Positions 38,343 to 49,600 of a DNA stretch of 64,000 nucleotides are shown here, one piece after another (the first letter of the stretch is position 1; each line of letters begins with the position of its first letter). The notes beneath the pieces were generated by a model. That model had not been told where the DNA came from and searched no databases. It saw only the letters and a list, made by a program, of their open reading frames with translations. Source of the stretch: a virus (taxonomy: Duplodnaviria; Caudoviricetes); the IMG/VR virus record IMGVR_UViG_2510065010_000001, positions 96,001 through 160,000 of that record. One strand, 5' to 3'. The position numbers and the translations under genes are program-made.

Positions 38343-40061
38343 GTGGCAAAAGATAATCGAATAGAACAACTAGAATTTAATAATCTTCTAGACAATTTAG
38401 TACTTGGGGTTGAGGAGCGATTAGCTAAGGCGGTTCCAGACACCCTAAATATTCTTGAGTTTTTAGAAGAGGAAGTAGACCTGGGCATCGAGCTGACTTT
38501 ACAGCAGCGTACTGTCCTCAAAGCTTTCTATAACTTACCGCTAACAGAGGAAGAAACCTCTGTATTAGAGTACTGGAACGCCAGAGATACATGTACTTGG
38601 CACCCTGATGATATTTACCAAGTACTTGTTTTAGAGGCTGGTCGGCGTTCTGGAAAAAGTTCTTTGGCGAGTATCATCACTGCGTATGAGTTCTATAAAC
38701 TTTGCCGCTTGGCTTGTCCTCAGGAACATTATGGAATTTCAAAAAACACGCCTATTTCAATCATCGTTTTAGCAACGACAGCATCCCAAGGTAAAAAGAC
38801 TATTTTTAAGGCTGTTGTTGGAGTTATACGCAATACCCGTTATTTCAACCAGCTTGAACAGCAAGGAAGACTCTTCGTTGGTAAAGAAGAGATCAGCTTT
38901 GAAGAGAAGCTTCTTTACATTTACTCAGGTAACTCCCAATCGGGGGCACAGGTAGGAGGCACTGTTAAGGTGCTTGTTATGGATGAAGTTGCCCGATTCA
39001 AAGACCTGGACGGAGAATCCAATGCATTAGAGTTATGGTCTAACCTTGGTATTTCAACAACTACCTTTGGTCGAGAAGCGAGAAGAGTTGCTATCTCTTC
39101 TGCTTGGTACGAAGGTGATGCAATCGAAAAGTTATTTGATGCATCAAAAACTGACCCAGTAGCTTTAGGAATCAGAGCTAAATCCTGGGATATGAATCCA
39201 ATCCATGCTGCCAGGGATAATCCGGTAGTTGCGTCAGAGTATATCCGTGATCCTGTTCATGCAGCTCTTGAATTTGAAGGTATTCGTCCTGCAGCTGTAG
39301 ATGCTTTCCTAAATGCAAATGAAGTAAAGGCAGCATTCAAAGGTCGTAGCGTTATTAAAGCATCTAGATACGAAGAAGAGGAGGCAGGGTTTAACCTTGT
39401 AAAACTCCGAGTTGAGCATATAGAACCGTTTAATGGAAGTACCGTTTTCCACGTAGACCCAGCTATTGGTACGGACACGTATGCAGCTGCTTTTGGACAC
39501 AATGAGTTTGATGAAGCTCACCGTCAGATTGTTGTAATCGACGGTTTTCTTTGCTGGGAGCCAAATCATAAAGCTCAAGTTTCTATCACTAACGTGCAAG
39601 AAGCAATACTTGCAGTCAATCGCCGCCGCCCAATCTCTAAACTTTCTGCCGATCACTACAACTCGGTAGAAACTGTGCAACGAATGCGACAGCATGGCAT
39701 TATGTGCGACATACAATACTTTAGCAACAATACACAAGTTGCCATGTATGACCTAGTTCGTATGTTGCTCCATGAACAACGGTTGATACTACCCTACGAT
39801 TCAATATGGACACCTTTAGCGTTATCAGAGTTATGTAAGGTACAATTAATTAAAGGGAGAAAAATCGATCACCCTGCTTCGGGAAGCAAAGATCTTTCTG
39901 ATTGTATAGCAGCTGTGTGCTGGCAACTTGCGTCTAGAGTTACACGCGACACAGTAGCAAAAAAAGGTGTTATTAAACATGTAAATTATCAATCTGGAAA
40001 CTCTTCTCTGCAAAACTATCAATCTGCACGGGACAGATGGTTTTCATTAAAAGGAAGATAA
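38343..40061 (+). CDS. terL: Terminase large subunit
   Basis: Walker A AGRRSGKS, Walker B VLVMDEVA, coupling motif ISS, RNase H-like HVDPA and C-terminal DHP..GSKDLSD. Confidence 0.93.
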   Translation: MAKDNRIEQLEFNNLLDNLVLGVEERLAKAVPDTLNILEFLEEEVDLGIELTLQQRTVLKAFYNLPLTEEETSVLEYWNARDTCTWHPDDIYQVLVLEAGRRSGKSSLASIITAYEFYKLCRLACPQEHYGISKNTPISIIVLATTASQGKKTIFKAVVGVIRNTRYFNQLEQQGRLFVGKEEISFEEKLLYIYSGNSQSGAQVGGTVKVLVMDEVARFKDLDGESNALELWSNLGISTTTFGREARRVAISSAWYEGDAIEKLFDASKTDPVALGIRAKSWDMNPIHAARDNPVVASEYIRDPVHAALEFEGIRPAAVDAFLNANEVKAAFKGRSVIKASRYEEEEAGFNLVKLRVEHIEPFNGSTVFHVDPAIGTDTYAAAFGHNEFDEAHRQIVVIDGFLCWEPNHKAQVSITNVQEAILAVNRRRPISKLSADHYNSVETVQRMRQHGIMCDIQYFSNNTQVAMYDLVRMLLHEQRLILPYDSIWTPLALSELCKVQLIKGRKIDHPASGSKDLSDCIAAVCWQLASRVTRDTVAKKGVIKHVNYQSGNSSLQNYQSARDRWFSLKGR

Positions 40062-40071
40062 AATAAGCCGT

Positions 40072-40593
40072 ATGACTAAGTACACACCGATAATTATTAA
40101 ATTTATTTCACCTGTTGTTGTTGAAGGACAAGAGCTTCCTCAACAATATCTAGAACCGCTTAAGTTAGCCATCTATAGTCCACAGACGAAGTTGTTGAGT
40201 GCCGAACAAGCTTTGCCACTGCCAACAGTTGTTACGGTCCCATTTGAAAAAGAGCTTCGTATGAAGCTTTTACCTTCTGCTGTGTATAACCCACACGGTC
40301 GATATAAAGTGAAGGTATATCAGGGGAAAAATAATGTACCGCTCTATGAGATGGATTGGGTTGTTCCACAAATTCCTGAGCAGAAGTTTGTAGATGTTAC
40401 ACACTCGGAGACAGGAAGAGATTATCTCAATTTAGCCTTTTCAGAAATAATTTCTATTTCTCATGAAGGAGTCTGGGAAGTAGAAGACCAACATATTGTT
40501 TGGGTTCAAGACCGTCCCGTAATTGGGTCTTCCTATAGAGTTAAGTATCAGCCTGCTGTAACTTTAGGTGACCTGATAGTTTCTAATCCTTAA
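40072..40593 (+). CDS. Hypothetical beta-rich virion protein
   Basis: ORF following terL; Ig-like strand pattern. Confidence 0.55.
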   Translation: MTKYTPIIIKFISPVVVEGQELPQQYLEPLKLAIYSPQTKLLSAEQALPLPTVVTVPFEKELRMKLLPSAVYNPHGRYKVKVYQGKNNVPLYEMDWVVPQIPEQKFVDVTHSETGRDYLNLAFSEIISISHEGVWEVEDQHIVWVQDRPVIGSSYRVKYQPAVTLGDLIVSNP

Positions 40594-40600
40594 GTAGAAC

Positions 40601-40635
40601 TTAGACACATGAGAGTTCTTGTTTTAATGCACATT
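40601..40635 (+). promoter_or_regulatory. Putative late promoter (TTAGAC-N8-GTTCTT-N9-CACATT)
   Basis: Degenerate dyad about 26 nt before GTG 40661, which supports that start codon. Confidence 0.5.
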
Positions 40636-40660
40636 AAATTGTCTGTTAGTACTATTTAAT

Positions 40661-43600
40661 GTGTTAGGTTTTAGTCCGATCAGCGAGTTAATACCTGCTT
40701 CGTCTGTTCCAACACGAACAGAAGATTTTTTGCGTTCAGCGGAATCGGGCACATTAACAGCAACTATATACTCGACGCCGCATGACCAGAGTTTATTAGA
40801 AAATGCTGGAAGAGTTGTCATCAACCGTGGCAAGCAGTCAGGTAGTACTGATAAATTAGACAGGTTTATTGAGAGTTCTTACTTAAAAGGATATGATGTT
40901 CGCACTTTTTCATCCCCTTCTGCTGAGCAGAGACTTCACGCAAAAACTTACACAGCCATACTAAATCAGGTTGCTACCGCTCACGTTTCAACAGCTAACC
41001 TTTCTGAGACAGCTCTACAACAAACTCCTGGTTCTAGGCAAGAGCGTATAAGACAGTATTCAGGAAAAGTTTTTCAAGAAAACTTAGCATTTCAAACAAC
41101 TGACAGGTCTTTAGTTGCACAGATTTCTCATTTTCAATCTGCAGTCTCTCAGAACCGAGTTCCTAGCTCTACTCAGAATGTTGCTGTAGGTGGAACTGCC
41201 TCGCAAGCTACTGCACATAGAATATCTAGAGCAAAGCGTGGCGATCGCGTTATTCTTAGTGGACCTTATTTAGATGACCCACTAGTTGTTGCTTCTCTGC
41301 TGACTGCAAAAGCACAAGGGGCAGAGGTAACTGTTTTAAGTGCTAATCCAAACACTCGGTTTGAAACAGCAACTAGTGGTACAGGTGAACATCGCGAAGC
41401 AGTAAACCAACTGTCAGCAGCCGGAGTTAAGGTTCTTACACCAACAGAGGATGACCCATTATTAATCCATACGAAAGCACTGGCGATTGTTGGAGAATCA
41501 GAGGCACTATTTGCGCTCGGCTCTCATAACTTCACTAATGCGGCTAAGTCTAATCGATCAGTTGACCTTTTATTAATGTTGAATGACCCGCGTCTTGCAA
41601 AAGAACTTTATCACAACTTAAGCAATACGCAGGGTGTTCAACAACAGAAGAGGGAAGCGGTAGAGGTACCATCTTTACTTGAGCTAAAAATGACGCTTCA
41701 AGGAAGAGGTGGACTCTACCGCGTGTCCAGTTTAGGAGAACGTGGACCAAACTTATCAATGCCGTTTTATCCAACTCGCATGGATGGGGCATTCTTCAAA
41801 TTTTTTAATGATAAAAATACACCGTTTCCTAATCTTAATATCTATTCAAACTTATACGTATCGCGTACTGGTAGAACTGAGACGCCCGATGTTATTAAGC
41901 AATTAGATAGAGAAATCAGTGACCCAGGATTAGGATATTCGTTTAATAAACTTGTAGGTCAACCTATTTATGAGTCTGGATTTGGTATTATCGGCTCTGG
42001 TCTAAAATCTGTAGGGAAATTAATTGATTGGGCATTAGGGTTTGAAGCTCACAAAGAACGAGAAGACGAAAGAGATAACAAGAGTATAGGCGGCATTCGC
42101 AAATACTTCAGTTCTGCCTATCAGAGTAGTTATGGAAAAGAGTCTCAAGGACCTTTTGAAAGTATTTTTTCAAACTTTTACCAACTTGGAGCTGGAGCTG
42201 CTGCGACTCTATCTTTCTATGTAGGAGTGGACTTACCTCTCAAGTATTTTAAGGCAATGCTTGAGACTGATTATGCAGAAATGTTACTTCAGTTACCAGG
42301 TGATTCTCCAAAAAACTGGATGGCTAAAGGCGTATTGCAAGTAGCGCCAATGCTTCGAACAACGATGTTTGGTCCTGCAATTGGTGGTGCCTTAAATGAA
42401 GTAATTCAAGATACAACCACAACTCCCCAAAATTTTACTACTCGACTGTATGACAGGCTTTATAAACCTGGGAATGTTCTAAAAGACCCAACCCGTGTAG
42501 CAGTAACTCAAGAGGGAAAGCTTACTAGCATTCAGTTAGGTGATGAAGGGTTATACGCAGCTTCTCAAATGTTGAGGCGTTTTGACCAAGTGCGGTTTGA
42601 GCAATTAACTGCTCCAATTTTAGAAGCGATTAACCCATACACTGTTGATTCTATCCATTATCAGACATACAAACAATCCTTAACTCAGTTAACTGAAACT
42701 GTTGGAAAACCCACTGAGATTTTATTTCAACAACGGGCTGAAGACCCTAATGTTTATCGTCCTGTATTTAAGAACTTGGGTGTTGAGCGTGTTCGAGAAA
42801 TTGCTAAACGCTATGACGACCTCGCATCTTTGCTGCCAGCAAACCTAACGTACTGGGTACCTCCCCTTCGCAGGCTATTAAACCTGGACGAGTTTGACCC
42901 AATGCAGCACATGACTGTGCGTGACGTTATTTCGTTCGAAGATGCAGTACTTTGGACAGACCGTTTCTATAAGCACACTGTTGCTGTTTTACAAAACCCG
43001 GCTCAGAATGTGCGTCAAATTCTAAAAGCTTGGTCGGGAGAGGTGGAACTTTTAAGAACTGAACGAAAACTGATCAAGGAACTGTCAAAAGAGTTTGCAC
43101 CAACTCAGTTTAGCTTTCAGGCACAACACGCTGATGATGTTGCTGCTAATCTTAGTGCTCTTCATAGATATGGTGAAAACGTTTTAGACAGAACAAACCA
43201 GCAAGTTCAAACTATTTTGAATGACCAACGTGTTGTCAAATACAGTAAGCAGCTGGAAGCTCAACGCAAATTACTGGAGCAATCACCCTTTCGTTTATTA
43301 AACGAGAATGTTGTCGTATCTGAAAGTAAGTACAAACCTTTTGAGTCGGATGCTCGACACAAAGTGTCAAACATGCGACGTATTTTGGCGCGAGTTGGCA
43401 TAGCACTACTTGCGGATCGAATTGCTGACCAGTTTATATTTCAACCTCTAGGAGCTAATTTATTAACTCAAATTAAGGCACACCAAGAACTATCTACTCA
43501 AGAAGGTCAAGTTGCACGATTTCAATTTACAGGAGACTTATCTAAAGAGTTTGTTATTGCTAGTCAATTAGGCGCGGGTGCTGCAGTTGGATTTTTACTA

Positions 43601-46600
43601 CCCGATGCTTTGGATAAAGGTAATCGTCCACAATCCATAAGTACAGTTCTAGACCCACTAAGAGAATTTCAGAAAAGTCTTAAGTTAACTGAGAGGTCCA
43701 TATATAAGTCAGCTAGCGAAGAAATTCTTGAATCTGCTGACATTCAGGTGTCTCGTCAAGCTTTGGCATCCACAAATAAACGGTACAAAACTCTACAAGC
43801 AGAAATTCAAGGTCTGAAGTATCGACGAGTAGGTTTAAGATTCAATACTTCAGCAGCAATTGCTGCAGGACTTGTTGCTGGATTTGGACTCAAAACACTG
43901 TCAATGGGTGCTGCCTATGTTCTTAATTTAATAAATAACAACACATCTGGCATATCGCCTTCAGGCATGGATGCTTACTTTTCATCCACGTTTGAGCGTT
44001 TAACTCAAGAAGGCATTGCAAAAGCGGTAACTCGCGAGGACTATGTAAACTTAGCGATCGGTCATACTTTAGCCCAATCATTTTTGAACAGTGGAAAACA
44101 AAAGCAGAAAGTTTATACGGTTGCAACTCAGCTAACTTCACCATTCATACAAGTTCCTTTTTTATTAAAAGCAGATTCCGTAACAGGAAAAGCTAGCCTT
44201 TCAGTTGGTCTACAGTTAATGCCTCTGTTAGGTTCTGGTGTGACTCCTGCTTTACCATTTTCAATCCGGCTTAATAAAGATGAGCTGGACTCATTCGACA
44301 TTGGCGCTCAAGTACCAGGATTGTTTAGCTCTTTTCAAATTGCTAGTGTCATGGCTAGAGGAATGCTCTCTGCTCTGACATTTGGAAACAGTCTTATTTA
44401 CGAAAAAGAGTCTGTATATGAAAAAGGGATGGAGTTTGTAGGACTCAGTACCGCTCTTCTTTTAGGAGCTAACAAACTGTCTCAAGCAGATATTCGGTCA
44501 AAGCTTGCCAATAGAATTGGGTCTAACCACTCGTTATTAAAACAACTTGATGATGTTGATAAACACACTCGTGCTCTTAGACAAATAAGTAGAGGAGCCT
44601 TAGAGTTTTCGAATAAAACACTAAGGTTTATCTACTCTTTGCCCGTCGCGTTTGCAAGTAGTACTCTCCAAGCTGTTGCACCCATTATCAATCCACAGCT
44701 TGCTAATTTCAAAGTACCAAAAGGGTTACGTAAAGCAGCACCTTACTATCTTAGTTTGGTGATGGCGAATCTTATGGCTGACCCTGATGGTGGTTATGTG
44801 GGTGAGTCTTTCAAAGATCCTTTGACAAAAGTTGGGGGAGTTCTTGGAGCAGGTTTATTAACAGGTGCAGTTTTAGATCGGATGGGAGTGTTTGCAGATA
44901 CAGAGAGTTTAGCTGCTCAATTTCAGGCTAGTACTCGAAATCTTTCTGCAAAAGAGTATAGGCAATTAGTTCAAGACTGGTTACCAAAGGCAAAGGCTGG
45001 AACATCTGCTGCAGACTATATTGACGAATTGGTTGAAAACTTACGTACAGCTCCAGCTTCGTCGATTACTTCAAAAAGAGCAGTCTCACGTCAACTTTTA
45101 TCTACTATAAGTGCTCCATCACTTTGGGAGCAGGCGCATCGAATTTCAGAACTGAAATTTCTACACGAAGTGAGTGACGGAAGTTTAAAAACTCCAAATA
45201 AAATAGACCTTCCTTACAAGAATCTAAAATCTATTGGGGGAAGAATTGCTGCTGCTGCAATGGGGCTATTTGCCTTAAGAGGTACAGCATATGCGTTAGC
45301 TTCGATGATGCCAGAAGGGTTATTAAGTAATCTGTATAATACTCCTGTGTTAGGTGCAACTTTACGATTACTTTCAGGAGTTGAGCCAGAGCCAAAGTCT
45401 AGACAAGGGGTTTTAGCCGGAGAACGTCCGAGGGGCGCGTATGGTGTTCTTAATAAACTGGCTAAAACTTTGTCTTTTGGTTTGTTTGAATTACCAAAAG
45501 CGTCAGGGTTGTACAGTGATACTACAGACCCATTCTTAAACCTGATTGGACCTCTCGGAGCTACTTTTAAGTCTCATAAGACTAACTACTATATTCAGTA
45601 TGCTTCTTCATTTAGTGATATTTCTGCTACTGCCTATGATTTTGTCCGAGGTGGACTATCAACAGATTTACTAGCTAGAACCTACGGTTTGATGCATTTA
45701 GGTCAAGCTAAGTCGTTAAGTGAAGCATTAGCACAAATAAGAGGTGCAGCCCCACGTCAAAAGCTTGCGACTTACGAAACGATCACACCATATGAAATGG
45801 ATGCGGTTCAAAGTGCTGGTATTTCACGCGCATTGGGACTAAGACAATTTAGACTCCAACATGCTTCGAATCAGAGAGCGTCGGAATTACTGTTAGATTT
45901 CTTGAAAGAAGGCTATGCATTTGGCGAACTAGGGCATGACATTATGCCTGGTTATCAGATGCAATACAGAGGGTATAAACCCTTTGATTTTCTGGCGCAT
46001 AGTGACTTTATTTATCAAAAGTCAACTATAGAAGGAGGTGAACCACGACAACAAGACCCCTACGAAGCCTTTCTAAACTGGTTTCAAAAGTCACAGTGGA
46101 AGAGTCGAAAGTTAGCTGAAAGCTATAACCCTTTTGATTTAACAAATGGGCTGGGTTCGTTTTCTAACGCAGCCTGGTTAACAGCCCCTCTTGGGGTGTT
46201 ACTAACATTTGGTGCAATAAGTGCTGGCACAGAAATCACTGCAAAATTGTCTGCATATGTAGCACAAACAGAAATTAGTAAACTTACAGAAGCTTCTAAG
46301 TTAAGTCAGGGTAAGCAGCTAACAGCCCCCTATCGATACGTCTTCACTTCTGGGAACCTTCCTGGTTCTGGCAAATCTACCATTTTTCAGATAGACAAAC
46401 TCAATCGGTATAGCAATGTACATCGCTTACCGATAGACGTGAGTGAAATTATCGATGGGTCACCCTTTGAGTTAGTATCTGGTATCAATAAGTCTTACCA
46501 GAATTTGCACAACAGAGTTGGCAAGTACTTTACAGGTTCTTATCTAACCCAAGTTAAAAACCTTTTAACGCAGGTTGAAGGAGCAACAGATACTCAGAAA

Positions 46601-49600
46601 GCACAACTTACGCGAACGTTTAAGTCCACGGTGCAAAACGAGGTTACTAAAATTGTTCGTCAACAGATGCAACGGGTCGTACTCAAAGGAACAGACCTAA
46701 ACTTGTACAGAGCGTTTTACGGGGGTAGTAGTCGAAATGCGCCGTCTAATATCCGTGCCTACGTTGATGAAACCAAGTTGTTATTAGGACAAGCTTTAGA
46801 TGAAGTATTAGACGAAGTTAATAAACTAGGTGACCTTACAGCAGAATCTAGATACTTGCAGATCTTAAAATTAAACGCCCGGTTTGAGCAAAGTGAGGGG
46901 TTGCAGCGATTTTTAGGCAGATTGTCTGAACCGATTCGCGGCTCTTATGACTTGGATACAGACCGCCGCTCCTGGATGAAGTGGGTAGACCAGCAACTTT
47001 CAGGAGAAGATGCCAAGTCATCAGTACCGCAAGGAAAGGTTCAACGCTCTCTTGGAAACTTTGCATTTAATCAACCAGCGTTTACCCGTCCTTGGACTGA
47101 AGGGTTTCTTACTACAACTATAAAAGGTTTGAAAGGAGCCTCCATGCTGACAGGTGCTTGGGTTGCAACCGGGCGTTCCCTTTACGAAATATTTGAGTCG
47201 GGGGCAATTTTATTGGGGGGTTCTTCACAACCAATCTCAACGAGGTTAGCGGCTGGTGAACAGATGACATCGGGTGCTTTGTACTGGGGGATTTCAGCCG
47301 GGATTGCTGGTGTGGCAGCGATGATCGGTTTAGGACCTCTGGGAGCAATCGCTTTAGGCATCGGTTCTTTAATTGGACTAGATCATCTTAAAGCAACCAG
47401 TACGCCACTTCGTCAACTAGAGCAGGGGTTAGTTAAATCAGTTGGTAGATTCTTAGCACAGCCTGTTGAGTCAGCAGCTAAACTAGCTGATTCATTTGGT
47501 TTAGGTTCATTCGTCAGAACCGCTGGTAATGCGATCGCAACTCCAATAAGTTTCATCGCTTCAACCGTGTCTGCTCCATTTCGGTTTTTACTAGAGAACT
47601 TCGCAGCACCTTTTTTACAGGAACAGAATTTAAGTCTTTTCTCGGATTCACTTCCAGTACAAGTTGTAAAAACTTTGCTTTTACCTAGAAGTGTTTACAC
47701 TCAGTTCGACTCGTATGAACCACGCTCTTCAACCCTTGCTGGGCGGGAACCTTTCGTTGGTGGGAACATTGCCCTTCATTTAAAACGGCAACAGACTGCA
47801 AACATTCAAAACGCCATATCTGCAAACACATTTATAGATGAGACTACTGTTTATCCTTTGGCTATCGGTAGATTAAGCAGTTCTGGAGATAGGTTAACTG
47901 AGCAAAAGTATTTTGACTCATCAGCGGGTGGTCGAGTGCTTCAAGCTTTTGGTCCAGGTAACTATCGGATTAGTAATTCACTCCGGTTAGCCTTGCAGCG
48001 GCGACAAGCTATGTACCATGCAATGGTAACGGTTGCTGCTATAGCTAGACCACCTGAACCTGCTAACCTCTCAAGTTACAGCTTTTTACACGCTGCCTCT
48101 AGCACTTTATTAAAATTACAACTTGAAGATCTTAGCCAACCTATCACTATTAAATTAAGTCAGCAGCTTTCTGACTCATTCATCACACTTAAGGGACTTT
48201 ACAGTAAAGTCTCTGAAGCTTTATGGAAACCAGCAAACTGGTTACTAACTGTAGCAAACAGAGTGAAGTCTCGCTTATCTTATTTAGTTGAACCAATCAC
48301 AAAGTTCAAGTTAGACTTCTCGTTTCTAAAAATTAATAAACCTGATTTCAGGTTTAATGTACCCAAAGTAGGTGTACCTAACGCTCTTAAGTCAATCAGA
48401 CTACCTAGTGTAGATTTTTCACGACTTACTGATAAAATATTTGATTCTTTAGACTGGGCTTTAGACAAAATCTCAGATTTTAATCTTGGAAGTAAAGTCC
48501 CGTCTTACGATATTGGAAACTTTTTCCCTAACGGTTCTTTGCCATCGTTTAGTCGAGTTACCACAAAGTTATCTAGTACTTTTTCTTTAGTATCAGAAAA
48601 ACTTGACCCAGTTATTAATCGCTTGAAGGTTGCTTTTTCTAATATTAGTGCAGCTAATCTACCTAATTTTACAACTCCCGATGTTAACGTATCTGGCATA
48701 GCAGACCCTCTTGAGAAAGTAGTTAAAACTGCTACTCGAAATGTTCAGAAGGCTATACCAAGAATTGGATTTGCATTATCAGATGCTTTAGCGTCTGTTC
48801 CAAAAGGTTTGTCCCCTGGACTATTTTTTGGTGGGTTAGACTTTCTCTCAGCATTTTTAGCTGATGCGCGTTTGAAATCTTTGGATGAAGCAGACCCTTT
48901 TAAGGAGTTTCAGAGAGCTTATCAAGAAGCTGGAGCATCATTTGTTGGATTCACTGTTGGGGGTTTTGTTGCAAGTTTAACTCGAAATCCCTTACTGAGT
49001 TTCGGGGCTTCTATTCTAGGTGGAATATTAGGATTAAATATTGGAGATTCACTTGCAAGGTCTGCCTACAAAAATCAGGAAGAAAATCCAGTACTTACTT
49101 ATATTCAACAGTCGTTAACAACAGCTAGCGCAGTTACATTAATCCAATTACCAAATCTTATTAAAAGTCGCTCAGTAGCTCGGACTGCTCTTCTTAATAT
49201 CGGTTTGAGCTTTGCGACAGGTGGGCTTGGTCCGGTGACTCAACTTTCAGCTGTACATAGTTTTTCCAACTTTATTAAGTCATTTCAGGAACAGCCAGGT
49301 AAGTTATCTACCTGGATAGCCAGAACAAAAGAGTTGATTCAAGATACTGCTGAAGCGTTTAAGTTTTGGAGTAGTGGCGAGGTTTCAGGTCAATACGTTA
49401 AAGCTACGAGATCGTTAAGTCGAAATATTCTTTTGGGCCTTGGTACGGAAGCTGACATTCCGTTGACCAGTGTTCGTACCCGTTCTTCTGGTAGTCGTTT
49501 CTCGATTGAAGGCAGCTATCAAAGTAAATACCGCTCTATTCAACTGAGTAAGGCAACGGCAAGAGTTTTAGGAAGAGAAGCTGTTGGACGTAGGGTACGC

